In this document: positions 41,176 to 51,005 of the stretch, in pieces | Layout: every line of letters starts with the position of its first letter | Position numbering within the stretch: the stretch's first letter is position 1 | Virus record (IMG/VR): IMGVR_UViG_3300033075_000639 | Span: 6,167-70,166 of that record | Direction: 5' to 3' (one strand) | DNA: 64,000 bases | From: a virus | Lineage: Duplodnaviria; Caudoviricetes | Translations under genes and position numbers: made by a program | The notes under the pieces: model-generated | The model's input: the letters and a program-made list of their open reading frames with translations, nothing else | Told to the model about the DNA's origin: nothing | Databases searched by the model: none

Positions 41176-43229
41176 AATTCAAAATATCCATCAATAAATA
41201 CAGTGCCACGAAATTGCAATGATGCTGTTGCAGCGCCTGACCAACACTTATATCCTACGTGCAAAACCGTTTGTGACAAACATGTTATTGGTTGTTTGGG
41301 ATAAAATTCAACTGCTTCACCAGTAAAAACAGCACCGATCGCCGCGGCGGCGGCAACTGTCTGCAACCCAGACAATGGAATTCGAATTGCATTTGTTGCA
41401 GATGAAAGGTTCGCTGATGATGCCCCATGAACTACAAACCACTGCAAATTTGTTCTAGTACCTACAGCAGCGCCAAGAACAACAGGCAACTGAATTCGAA
41501 TTCCTGTCAAGTTAAAAACATATGGATTCGGAATTGTAAATCCAAATATGGTCAACATTGTTTCCGCACCTGCAGTTGCGTTAACAAGATATTCACCACC
41601 AAGTGTTGTATAAGGCGCTGTTGTATTTGATGGTGTTTGTGCTGCAGGTGCGGCCGCATTTGCAAGTTGACAATTTTGTGCGTATGTTGTTGGATTAACA
41701 GAACCATATCGATTGACGCCAGACATCTGATCTGCCCATGGTTTATTATGTGTCGTATCAAGCATATGAACAATATGTTCTGATATCAACAACTTAGCAG
41801 CTGTACCACCGCCAGTGGCATCAACATACAATCGAGCATATGATGGCAAATGTGACAACAAAAACAAATTTTGATTTGTTGATAGTGCAGGAATAATCAT
41901 ATCAACAAGTGGTGCCGCAGTCGTTGCAGACGACATTACAAAACGTACATAATCATCATGAATTGTAACATCATACATGTAATATGCAGATGTAGAAATA
42001 ACGCCTTGTGCAAGAACTTGCACAACAGTTTCAGTTCCGCCGACAGCAACCACTGCAGCCAATGTTCCATCAACTCTCCATCTGAAACAACAACCATTAC
42101 TAATATTTGCAGTAGCACTATTAATACTACTAAATCCCATCTCTGATACAATGTGTTGACCAGCTGTATTACTAGTCAAACGAGCTTTAAATCTCAAACT
42201 TATAGGTGTTCGAGGCAATTTCTGAAATTGCTTAATTGTTGTAATTATGCTATATGAACTAGCTGTTGTTAGTGAACCATTGTTCAACGTAATAATACAT
42301 GATGATTGTGCAATGGTTTGTGAATTAGTTAGTTGTCGAATCCATGGATTAATTGTTGATCCTTCAATTGCATCTTGAAACATTATCATTTCAGACGTTG
42401 TTCGAAGACTATTTCCGTCAACACGCAACTGTCGAATAATTCCACCACCAACAGACTGTTCAACTCCGCCAACCATTGCAGTAGTAGGAGGTGATACAGA
42501 CCCAGACATAACAGCGTAAAGAAGTGATGGATCAAGTGCCATCGACCCCCTTACTGTACAGTTTGCAGTACCAGAAGTATATGCTGAAACACGTATTCTA
42601 ACTTGACCGGTACCAGCATTAAGAATAATTGCTTGAGTTGTTGCAGTGTTACTAGCAGTATATTGAATTGCATTCTTCTTTTGTCCCGTAACAGCATCAT
42701 CAAAATACGTTCCAACCCAAGTCGTGCCGCCGTCAACAGACACTTCTGCAACCAAAACGCCAATTAGCGTACCAGCAGCAAGTTGCATTGACACACCATT
42801 CAAACCTGCCATGTTCAATGTAACTGCAGCGTTTAGAGCACCAAGCGCGCCGGTTGAAACATTATCCGGAACTGAAGATGAAACAATAGTGTTTGGTGAA
42901 ACTGAAACAACAAGTGCTGGATCTGTTGATAGCGCAGCCGTTGATGCCGCTTTCCCTCGAAGGGAAATCATGTTTGTTCCGTCACTTACACCCATTAGCA
43001 AAGCGGAAGTGGGAACAGCGGCGCCAGTTGATCCCTGAGAGGCTAGCGATACAGTGCCAGAAATTAGTTGGGCGCCCTGTGTATACACAGAAATTGACCC
43101 AGAAACCAACTGAGCGCCTTGCGTGAAGACGCCAATTGAACCTGACACTTGAACTGCTAGCGGATTTGTATTGACGCCAATTGGATTCCCATTGACGTCA
43201 AATTGTGTTATTGATGGTGTTAGAGGCAT
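41175..43229 (-). CDS. Tail fibre / receptor-binding-like protein
   Basis: 685 aa, Ser/Gly/Thr/Ala-rich, beta-rich C-terminal region; N-terminus shared with the adjacent gene. Ends GAA TTA TGA. Confidence 0.65.
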
Positions 43230-43249
43230 ATATGCTCTAATCTATACTA

Positions 43250-44263
43250 TAACGTTAGTTCTGTAACCCGCGCAGAACCGTTTGCAGTATCCCAAATACC
43301 ATCGATGATCCCAGTATATCCAAATGGAACTTCGTAGTAACCACGGGCTGTAATTTGTGCCGAGAAGCTTGTTGATGATGCTGTTGCACCAAGTTTAATG
43401 CTTAGCGTTTTGTTTCCATCGTTAAAGATCGTTGCACCCTTGCGTGCTGAGTTAGCCGCAAGAATTGTTACGTTCGTTGCTGATGCCGCAACTGAAGATT
43501 GCGTTCCCGTTGTTGATGCAGCAGGTGTAACAGAAACTGCACCAGCAGTATCAGTTCGTAGAGTTCTAACAAATCCTGTAACGTCAGTTCCTGCAACAAT
43601 GACAGGAGCAGCGTTTGCTGCTGTTGATCCTGACAACGTCGTGCCGACAACAATTTGTCGACCTGATGAATCCATCAACATTCCCCGAACGAATCCTGAT
43701 ACGTCTGCGCCAGCCATCAATACAGGATTTGCAGTAGCTGTCGTTCCGGAAGCATTATTACCAACAACAGTAATAGTCCCGGGGATCGTAGTGTTAACAT
43801 TTAGTCGACCGTTAAAATCAGTCGAAAGTGCTCGAGTAAGATTTCCACCATCAACGCCACCCATCAACACAGGTGCGAATGTTGCAGCCGAACCGGAAGC
43901 AATAACACCTGCAACAGCTGCTGGACTTTCAAGTGTAACAGATCCTGAAACAAATAGTTTTCCGGACGTATCTGTTCTAAGACCTCTAAGAATTCCATTA
44001 GTGTCTGTACCACCTACAAGGGTTGGAAAACCGAGAGCAGTAGAACCAGATTGAACGGTGTTCAAAATTGAAATAGTGCCTGAAATTAGTTGCGCACCTT
44101 GAGTATAAACTGACACAGAACCAGAAATTAGCTGAGCTCCATGTGTATACACGTTCGTACCCGCCAAAGAGCCGGATACTTGAACTGCTAGTGGATTGGT
44201 GTTAACACCAATTGAATTTCCGTTAACGTCAATAAGAATTGCTGCTGGATTTGTAATCGTCAT
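43250..44263 (-). CDS. Tail fibre-like protein with internal repeats
   Basis: Four approximate repeats of SGS.A...PV..GG.D..G..R.L.TD..G. Ends ACG TTA TAG. Confidence 0.65.
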
Positions 44264-44922
44264 GTAATTGTCCTTGTTCTACTAGTTTCAAATATGCCAG
44301 AATATGTAATATTGTCTGTTGCAGTTGCAATCGGTGTAACACCGTCTGAAGCATAAACACGCCATTGAATTTGTGAAATAGTTCGATTTGAATTGTATGT
44401 CACAAGTTGTTCTACAATTTTTTGTGTCATACTATTGTCTGTATACCATATACTAGCCGTGGGAAAAGGAATAGGACCAGTTTGACAAAATGACGATGCA
44501 AAGGTCTCAAAAGGTCCACTATCATCTGCAAAATGTGCAAGTTGCCGTAGTGCAGCATGTTCATTTGCGTTTATTCCAAGTTCACGAATAACTCCTTGTT
44601 CAAAAAATCGAAAACCAGAACCTGAAATATATGTAATTTCTCCATTTTTTGCTGGTTGATTAGTTCCGGAAAGTATGTAAATACTAGACACTTCACCACT
44701 AGCAGATGAAGCAGATAGAACAAGATCGCCACCAGGGCCTGAATCGATTATTGTTATTCCCGGGCCAGCGACAAGATTACGCGCATTAGGAGGCGTTGGC
44801 CCAGAGGTGCCTGAAACAATAATCCAAGGAGTATTATTGACATATGAATCGAGTTGCGAGTGTGAAACTACACCCGAATTCTCAAGTTCATTATGATCAT
44901 CTATTACCCTATGGGCTGTCAT
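44260..44922 (-). CDS. Virion structural protein (fibre-associated)
   Basis: 220 aa, SGTS/SGSG-rich, within the fibre cluster. Confidence 0.55.
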   Translation of the reverse strand: MTAHRVIDDHNELENSGVVSHSQLDSYVNNTPWIIVSGTSGPTPPNARNLVAGPGITIIDSGPGGDLVLSASSASGEVSSIYILSGTNQPAKNGEITYISGSGFRFFEQGVIRELGINANEHAALRQLAHFADDSGPFETFASSFCQTGPIPFPTASIWYTDNSMTQKIVEQLVTYNSNRTISQIQWRVYASDGVTPIATATDNITYSGIFETSRTRTIT

Positions 44923-45083
44923 CTAATTCTCGTTTAACCACGCAGTAAGATTATACAAACCCATAATTATCTTGAACTAGATATTACTCTAACATTCATG
45001 ACCTATAGAAGAATTCATAAATAAAACCAACAGTAGCCACAACATAATTTCCGGAATTATATTCGTGGGCTTACTGTGACCAT

Positions 45084-45863
45084 CTAGGGTATCAATTTAT
45101 AACACTCAAAATGCATGCCATCAGGTCTTGTGGGATAGTGCCCTCCCCAAAACATACCATATTCATATGCAATTTCTACAAGCTCTCGCACAGACCCATG
45201 TTGACCAAACAACGCAGGTTGAACTCCCAACCCATTCCATTGTGCGTTAATATCAAATGCTGTGCCCCATGAATGATTTGACAAATAAGTCCTGGATCCT
45301 CTTACATAACGAGGCACCCAAGAACCACTCCACGTAATAATTTTGTCAATCAACCCTGCTTCTTCCCATGCAGTAAACAAACATTGAACCTGTGGTGCTA
45401 TTAGCTTATGAAATTGAACTTGTGAAGCATGCAGTTTTTCAAGCTGTGGTATTTGAACAGTTACAATATTTTCAGATACCCATCCATCAGTAATATTGAT
45501 TGCTTCTGGGTTATTTTTCAACGGTGCTGGTACGAATGCAAATGTTCCGAACGTTGCAGCCCTTTCGTTTGGATTCATTTGCGTTACACCCACGGGTTTA
45601 ACTGGCCAATTGGGTCCATTTTGATCTAGACGAATATCAACTAGCGGATTAAAGCCCAAAGCTAGTGCTTTTGACAATGTCATAGGACCAACAGTACCAT
45701 CAGCAGAAATACCTGAAGCTCGTTGAAAAGTTTGTGTCCAAAGTTTTGTTGTTGCGTCAAATATACCCGTTGCAACAACATTGCTTCGTGGTGATATCCC
45801 CCTAAGAAAGTTCTGCCAGGCAACAACGTCTTCACCTTCAAGTCCCAAATATAGAACTCTCAT
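45084..45863 (-). CDS. Endolysin: peptidoglycan-binding domain plus M15-family peptidase
   Basis: N-terminal G..G.DV..WQ..L ... FQ...GI.ADG.VGP.T; C-terminal SGSW..R, SNHSWGTAFDIN, DGMHFE. Confidence 0.85.
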   Translation of the reverse strand: MRVLYLGLEGEDVVAWQNFLRGISPRSNVVATGIFDATTKLWTQTFQRASGISADGTVGPMTLSKALALGFNPLVDIRLDQNGPNWPVKPVGVTQMNPNERAATFGTFAFVPAPLKNNPEAINITDGWVSENIVTVQIPQLEKLHASQVQFHKLIAPQVQCLFTAWEEAGLIDKIITWSGSWVPRYVRGSRTYLSNHSWGTAFDINAQWNGLGVQPALFGQHGSVRELVEIAYEYGMFWGGHYPTRPDGMHFECYKLIP

Positions 45864-45865
45864 GA

Positions 45866-46468
45866 TAAAATATTAAACTTTCCAAGAACAATAGGTTCAC
45901 CGACTATTGGTTTAGACATTCTCCATTGAGGATTAGACTTGACAAATTCATCAACTGCAATCTTTACACCACACTTCTTACTCTTTTTACGTTTAGTTGC
46001 AGTTTTTACACCAGAATATTCTGGGCGCTCTGAATACCACATATCTTTCTCCGACCATTTACCATCATAATCGTCTATAACAATAATAGAATGATCATAT
46101 GTAATGTCATTCAACGTATTTAGTTCTTTACTTACTGTATGATAGTTGTGATCACCATCGATCAAAATCAAATCAAATTTCAATCCTTCTTTTTGAAAAA
46201 CTGGCAATACTTCTAGACTTGAATTTTCAACTATTGATATAGATTGTTTGTCTTTAACGGGTGTTAGTCCTTCAAGGGTCATAAGAACATGTTGTTGAAG
46301 TAGTACGTCCAATCCAATCAATCTAAAATTTTCTTTATTCGAAATCAAGTGTGCCGCAATAGGAATAAATGTAACACCTCGATCTATTCCAATTTCTAGA
46401 ACTGATGGTGCATGTGGAAGATCACTTATAAACTTCTTCATTAGCGGAATGTAACCATGATATGCCAT
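45866..46468 (-). CDS. Class I SAM-dependent methyltransferase
   Basis: VLEIGIDRG.T, FDLILIDGDH.Y, IIVIDDY. Ends ATT TTA, 2 nt before the endolysin ATG (standard end 45860). Confidence 0.8.
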
Positions 46469-46737
46469 TATGAAATCCTACGTAGATAAATTTTCTTTTC
46501 GTTGTATTGATTAACATAAATTACGTGATATTTCTCACTACGTTTAACAACTCGATATCGAGCCAAAATAATCCTACGAAGGAGACGTTTTGTTGAATTT
46601 TTTTCACCCTTCTCAGTCGTAGTAATAACTGTTATAATCGTTCTAATTTCTTTTGTGTAAATTCCCTCACCTTGATTCAAAAAATAAACTCTCGTATCGG
46701 TTACTCGTTCTTCCGGTTTGTCGGTGAGATTTGTCAT
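46468..46737 (-). CDS. Hypothetical protein
   Basis: 89-aa ORF coupled to neighbours on both sides (TAATG at its end). Confidence 0.5.
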   Translation of the reverse strand: MTNLTDKPEERVTDTRVYFLNQGEGIYTKEIRTIITVITTTEKGEKNSTKRLLRRIILARYRVVKRSEKYHVIYVNQYNEKKIYLRRIS

Positions 46738-46961
46738 AACATTCCTGATATCAATGCTTGAACTGCAGTTTCTACACGTGCTCTGAGATCAGCTGGAAGC
46801 GCAGACAACAGGACATATGCCTCTGATTTTATCGGTGCAGCGTAGGTGCCGCCTGTTGTATACATATCAGCATTCTGAACAGCAACACGTAGAACAAGTG
46901 GAGCAGGTCCCTTTTTGTCTGCCGCGATTGGTTTATACAAATCAACTTTTTGAAATTCCAT
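46737..46961 (-). CDS. Hypothetical protein
   Basis: Ends ATG TTA TGA with a TTATG overlap. Confidence 0.6.
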
Positions 46962-46963
46962 TA

Positions 46964-47143
46964 TAATCCTTTCAAGATCTGTCGGCCTTCATTTAGGGCT
47001 GCATTAGAAACATTCAAACGTTCCATAAGTTCTGAATAAGTTTTACGCAATGTCGCATGAAAACCAACAAAAGGTTCGGGCTCATTCAATTTACGTTCAA
47101 TATCTCTAATTTGTTCTGCTAGTAGTTCAACTGATGCTGACAT
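46964..47143 (-). CDS. Small coiled-coil hypothetical protein
   Basis: Ends GGA TTA TAA. Confidence 0.55.
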
Positions 47144-47202
47144 ATTTCACCTTTATGTTATGGTAACCTACTGTTACCAGAGTGTATAAGTAACAGATTA
47201 AA

Positions 47203-47246
47203 TGACATGATGCACCAACAATTTTATTCTGTGGTGCATCATGTCA
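47203..47246. terminator. 15-bp inverted repeat downstream of GIY-YIG gene
   Basis: tgacatgatgcacca / tggtgcatcatgtca, exact, 14-nt loop. Confidence 0.6.
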
Positions 47247-47263
47247 ACCGAACAACTTCATGT

Positions 47264-47986
47264 TTATTTAATTGCATCTTTTTTCAAACGTTTCAAAGTT
47301 GAATATGAAACATTAAACTCAATTTGCAAATCAATCAACCTATCGCCTTGTGATATACGAGCTATAATTTTATCATATGGTATTTTACTATTGCTCAAAT
47401 TTTTCAAAGATTGTCTTACTTTTTCTTTTGTTTCTGGTGTGTGAATTCTGACGTGCGCACATTTACTCGAACATGTTTTTCTAGTACGATACTTTCTATT
47501 TGTAACTAGAACCTCAAATATATTTCCACACAAACATGTTCTTTTTTCTATTTTTTCTTCTCTAATGCCAAGTCTTTTTTCAATCACAATTCGCCAACAT
47601 TTTTTTAGTTTTTCGCACGTTTCTTTAGTTGCAACCCTTCCAACACAGTGTGTATTTCCTTTAAGGACGTCAGAAAGTTTTTTACGTGTTTTATTTGTAA
47701 CGCCACGACCACCAGGCTCAATGTTATAACCAAATTCTCGATTACAAGAATCATAATATGATATCCAATAAATTTCACGATCATCAACTTGATCATCAGA
47801 ACATTCTTCTATAACTTCAAAAGAAAAATTTTCTACACCATGTTTTTGAATGGATCGATAAAAAGGATGATCGATTTGCTTTTTTGTATTTGAAAAATGT
47901 CCAGAGCAGCGACGCCAAGGATTACAGGATTGTCCTATATAAACTTTATGATTAACTAGATTACGAATCAAGTAGACGTATCTCAT
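47264..47986 (-). CDS. GIY-YIG homing endonuclease (Seg-like)
   Basis: YVYLIRNLVNHKVYIGQS..P.RR...H, RE.YWI..Y, GYNI..GG, NUMOD3-like segment, CxC..CS..C. Confidence 0.85.
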   Translation of the reverse strand: MRYVYLIRNLVNHKVYIGQSCNPWRRCSGHFSNTKKQIDHPFYRSIQKHGVENFSFEVIEECSDDQVDDREIYWISYYDSCNREFGYNIEPGGRGVTNKTRKKLSDVLKGNTHCVGRVATKETCEKLKKCWRIVIEKRLGIREEKIEKRTCLCGNIFEVLVTNRKYRTRKTCSSKCAHVRIHTPETKEKVRQSLKNLSNSKIPYDKIIARISQGDRLIDLQIEFNVSYSTLKRLKKDAIK

Positions 47987-48018
47987 ACAATTAAATATAA
48001 CATACGTCTACTTGATTC
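47965..48018 (-). promoter_or_regulatory. 17-bp hairpin covering the GIY-YIG translation start
   Basis: gaatcaagtagacgtat (47965-47981) and atacgtctacttgattc (48002-48018) are exact reverse complements. The 20-nt loop contains the ATG and an ATATTTA motif. Confidence 0.75.
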
Positions 48019-48026
48019 ACAAATTC

Positions 48027-48391
48027 TGGAAGCGTCGGGTACTGCCCCCGCGTCCACAACAAATCCTTCGCTAACTTCTTCACAAGCTTGACCCATCTAT
48101 ATGCTCGACCTCAGGGTGGGTCTATCGATGGTAATTTAACGTCTTTCATCTCAATGACGACACTACGTTTTACGTCCAGTGTTTTGACGTTTTTGAACAG
48201 AGATCGCTCCACTCACCGCCTAATTTTCTGTTTGCAGGTTATTAGGAAACCCATTCCTCATGCCACTAGGGCGAGAGGAGCCACGCTGTTGTCGTTAGCA
48301 TGTATACGTCACATGAGTTTTTAACTGGACTCTCGTGCACCAGTGCTTGCAGTTATCGCTATCATCACCGTGTCGAAACTATTTCGCCCCC
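48027..48391 (-). ncRNA. ssrA: tmRNA (one-piece)
   Basis: 5' GGGGGCGAAATAGTTTCGAC and 3' GACGCGGGGGCAGTACCCGACGCTTCCA form a 7-bp acceptor stem with G3.U70. Tag frame 48299-48258 encodes ANDNSVAPLALVA-TGA. CCA not encoded. Confidence 0.92.
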
Positions 48392-48449
48392 GTGAAAATA
48401 AACCAGAAAATCAAATTGTCAAAGATCTTGTTTCTTAAGTATCAGTTCG

Positions 48450-48941
48450 TAACTTCTTATGTTTTCCACGCCACTTTCTATTTTTAGGTAGTTGTGGTGG
48501 AGGTGGTGCTGGACGATGTTTACGTGGATACGATTGAGTAGGATCGTCCTTAAGGTCCTCCTCATCAAGTGTCAGAAAATTTGGAAGCGACGCTAGTTTA
48601 GATTCAGCAACAGTTACTTCAGTTTCCTTTACGTCTGACTTATCTTTTGACCATTCAACTCCTCCAAAACTAACCGTGTTAACAGGTGCAGTCTTTAGCG
48701 ATTCAATCTTGGCTTTTTGATCATTTTCCCACTCATTAAAAAGTCTATCAGTAATTTCTGTATGTGTGGCATCGCGCTTGTCGCTTTCTTCTTTACGAAG
48801 AAGTGCAGAAATAAGACATGAATGCATACGATCAACAACTATACGTACATTCATTCGATCTTGTATGTTAACCTGACCGTCAAGTTTAACCAATGTTGAA
48901 TACAGTGCCATAAATTCTGGTGGTGTTAGATTCAAACGCAT
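48450..48941 (-). CDS. Hypothetical protein, basic Pro-rich C-terminus
   Basis: Likely start ATG 48941; ends AAG AAG TTA (standard end 48435). Confidence 0.6.
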
Positions 48942-49468
48942 TTGTATACCTTTCCACATTCTAGCGTATCAATCCAATCACTTGGAAACTTAGACACAGT
49001 GTATATGTCCCAATAATTATGATTATCAATCACATTACTAATCTTAGGTATATCCCTCTTTGATAGGACATACAACTTTTTACCGCTGCGCTTAATATAT
49101 TTCACATGTGAATTCAATTCATACGATATATTGTTAGGTTTAAAAATTTCGATCAAATCTAGATGATTTGATGTTTTCTCAAACTTAAACTTTCCATCGT
49201 AGTATTTCACTGTCATTCGAGGAAGATCACACAGTTGAGAAATGGAAATGATATTATCATAACCCGGTTGTACCTCGTCGTTCGTATCAATATCTTCGAC
49301 TTTCTTATCACATTCATCATCTGACAAAATGCTGTCATTAAGTTGACGTTGCACATCACGAACAGCAACATCGAGCTCAACATTATCAGAAAGCGAGTTT
49401 TTGATAAGTTGCTCATAATGAAACAACACTTTAACAAGAAACAATGCAGTAGATTTATCGATTTTCAT
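48932..49468 (-). CDS. Hypothetical protein
   Basis: 178-aa ORF, co-oriented. Confidence 0.55.
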   Translation of the reverse strand: MKIDKSTALFLVKVLFHYEQLIKNSLSDNVELDVAVRDVQRQLNDSILSDDECDKKVEDIDTNDEVQPGYDNIISISQLCDLPRMTVKYYDGKFKFEKTSNHLDLIEIFKPNNISYELNSHVKYIKRSGKKLYVLSKRDIPKISNVIDNHNYWDIYTVSKFPSDWIDTLECGKVYKCV

Positions 49469-49545
49469 TTGTTGCCTTTGTTTAACGACCTATGGCCGAC
49501 AACTACATTTCTGTAATCATCGGCCGAAGATGTTAACGGTAAATC

Positions 49546-49830
49546 TAACCAGGTCTTGCCAGCAACTGCGTAATGCTTCTGTAGCAAATTGTAGAGCGTA
49601 CGTGCCTCCGAACCCGAGAGGGTAATCGTGGTTCCCTCAGGAAGATCAACAAACAATCGAGTGCGATTCACATTCTTTGCGGTTGAAGCCGCGAAGTTCG
49701 TGGTATACGCATCCCGACGAGCAGTTTCCGTACGTAGCTTACCCACTCGATCAGTTCGGGTACGAATAATCGCATTGCGGTTCGTAGAATCAGAGCGAAA
49801 CTTCTTCTTGGACATTGTGGTCTTCTTCAT
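49546..49830 (-). CDS. Small basic hypothetical protein
   Basis: Likely start ATG 49830. Ends AGKTW TTA; the standard-code tail after it contains two more in-frame TTA. Confidence 0.55.
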
Positions 49831-49881
49831 TTTGTTTTTTCTTTCATTTAGGAAGCTCTTTACTTGTCTTCCGTAATATGA

Positions 49882-49911
49882 ACTGTACACCCGAGATCAA
49901 GAAGTGTACAA
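49882..49911 (-). promoter_or_regulatory. Putative sigma70-type early promoter TTGTAC-N18-TACAGT
   Basis: AT-rich UP-like tract immediately upstream; same layout as 10530-10559. Confidence 0.35.
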
Positions 49912-49941
49912 ATTATTTTTTGTTGGCCCACGAATATTCGT

Positions 49942-50337
49942 TTAATCTCCGAACAATTCCTCTATATAGGAAATACGCGAATTATTTCTAGGGGCCGCCT
50001 GAGTGACCGAATACTGTAGCTGAAACAGCTTAAACCATATTGCTTCAAGTATGGTTGCCCTGGGTTTACCCAAAACAGATTCAACTTCGCTTTTGAAGTT
50101 TGTATAATCAATATCGCTTGCGCTAGCACTGACAACTCGGGCCCACTCTTCGCGCCATACAGAAATACGATATTTGTAATCTGTTCCGGAATCAACTGTG
50201 ATTCCATTCGTTGAGACGTCATATGTTTCAATCAACCGTTTTAGGTCGTCTTCAACACGGGCTCGAACCCATATAATACGATCGTCATATCGATCTTGAA
50301 CTGCACTGTAAAACCCATCAAGTGTAAATAGCCACAT
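49942..50337 (-). CDS. Conserved phage hypothetical protein
   Basis: MW.FT..GFYS.V...D....VRAR...DL ... TDY.YR ... IDY.NFK pattern. Confidence 0.65.
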   Translation of the reverse strand: MWLFTLDGFYSAVQDRYDDRIIWVRARVEDDLKRLIETYDVSTNGITVDSGTDYKYRISVWREEWARVVSASASDIDYTNFKSEVESVLGKPRATILEAIWFKLFQLQYSVTQAAPRNNSRISYIEELFGD

Positions 50338-50441
50338 ATATGATAATCATAACAATCTCACGTGACCATTGCACTGCTAGAAATGCAAAGTGGGTTCGAC
50401 AATGAAGACGAACCCAACAGGTGCATAACACAGGGTTGTTA

Positions 50442-50912
50442 TAATGCGTTGTTACCAGCTAGCGTCATAGAACCTGATCCGCCAGTAATACACCAGTGAA
50501 GACCGTCAGACACTAGAATAATAGAACCACCTGCATTCATTTTAACAGTGCCACCGCCCAAAGCAGATGGAGGAGCACCGCCCATAGAACCCGACATCTT
50601 AACAAATAGTGCACGACCATTTGTTGGTGCTGATCCTGACAATAGCCAGTCAAATGAACCATTATCAGTTGTTCCTGCAAAAATCAATGATGCACCTGGG
50701 AATGACGCTGGTGATGGGACAGAGCCCGTAAAATAGCCTGCGCCAGAAGAACCGGTACAAGGAACATAGAAAAAACCAGCAGTTGAAATTGTAATTGAAC
50801 CTGAGCTAGACAATGTCTGTGCTGAATATGTGTGTTGCTTGGCCTGTGCTGTACCTGCAACAATCATATCTGATGAACCATCATCTACAAAACCACCACG
50901 TGTATATGCCAT
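50442..50912 (-). CDS. SGS-rich virion structural protein
   Basis: GGAG RBS; ends GCA TTA TAA. Confidence 0.65.
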
Positions 50913-51005
50913 AATCTGTAATCTCCCTGCGATTTAAATAGGAAGATATCAACAGAAGATCAAATTTAATTTACAAATTCGAAAAGATATTACGTTAAAA
51001 TTTCA

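Noticed and set aside
24927-45086. TAG or TGA stop-to-sense recoding (codes 15/4) as in other large phages
   Set aside because: Conserved genes are uninterrupted in the standard code; TAG (24927, 45084) and TGA (many genes) serve as normal terminal stops.
48088-48324. 78-aa + strand ORF
   Set aside because: It lies antisense within the tmRNA, which fully explains the region.
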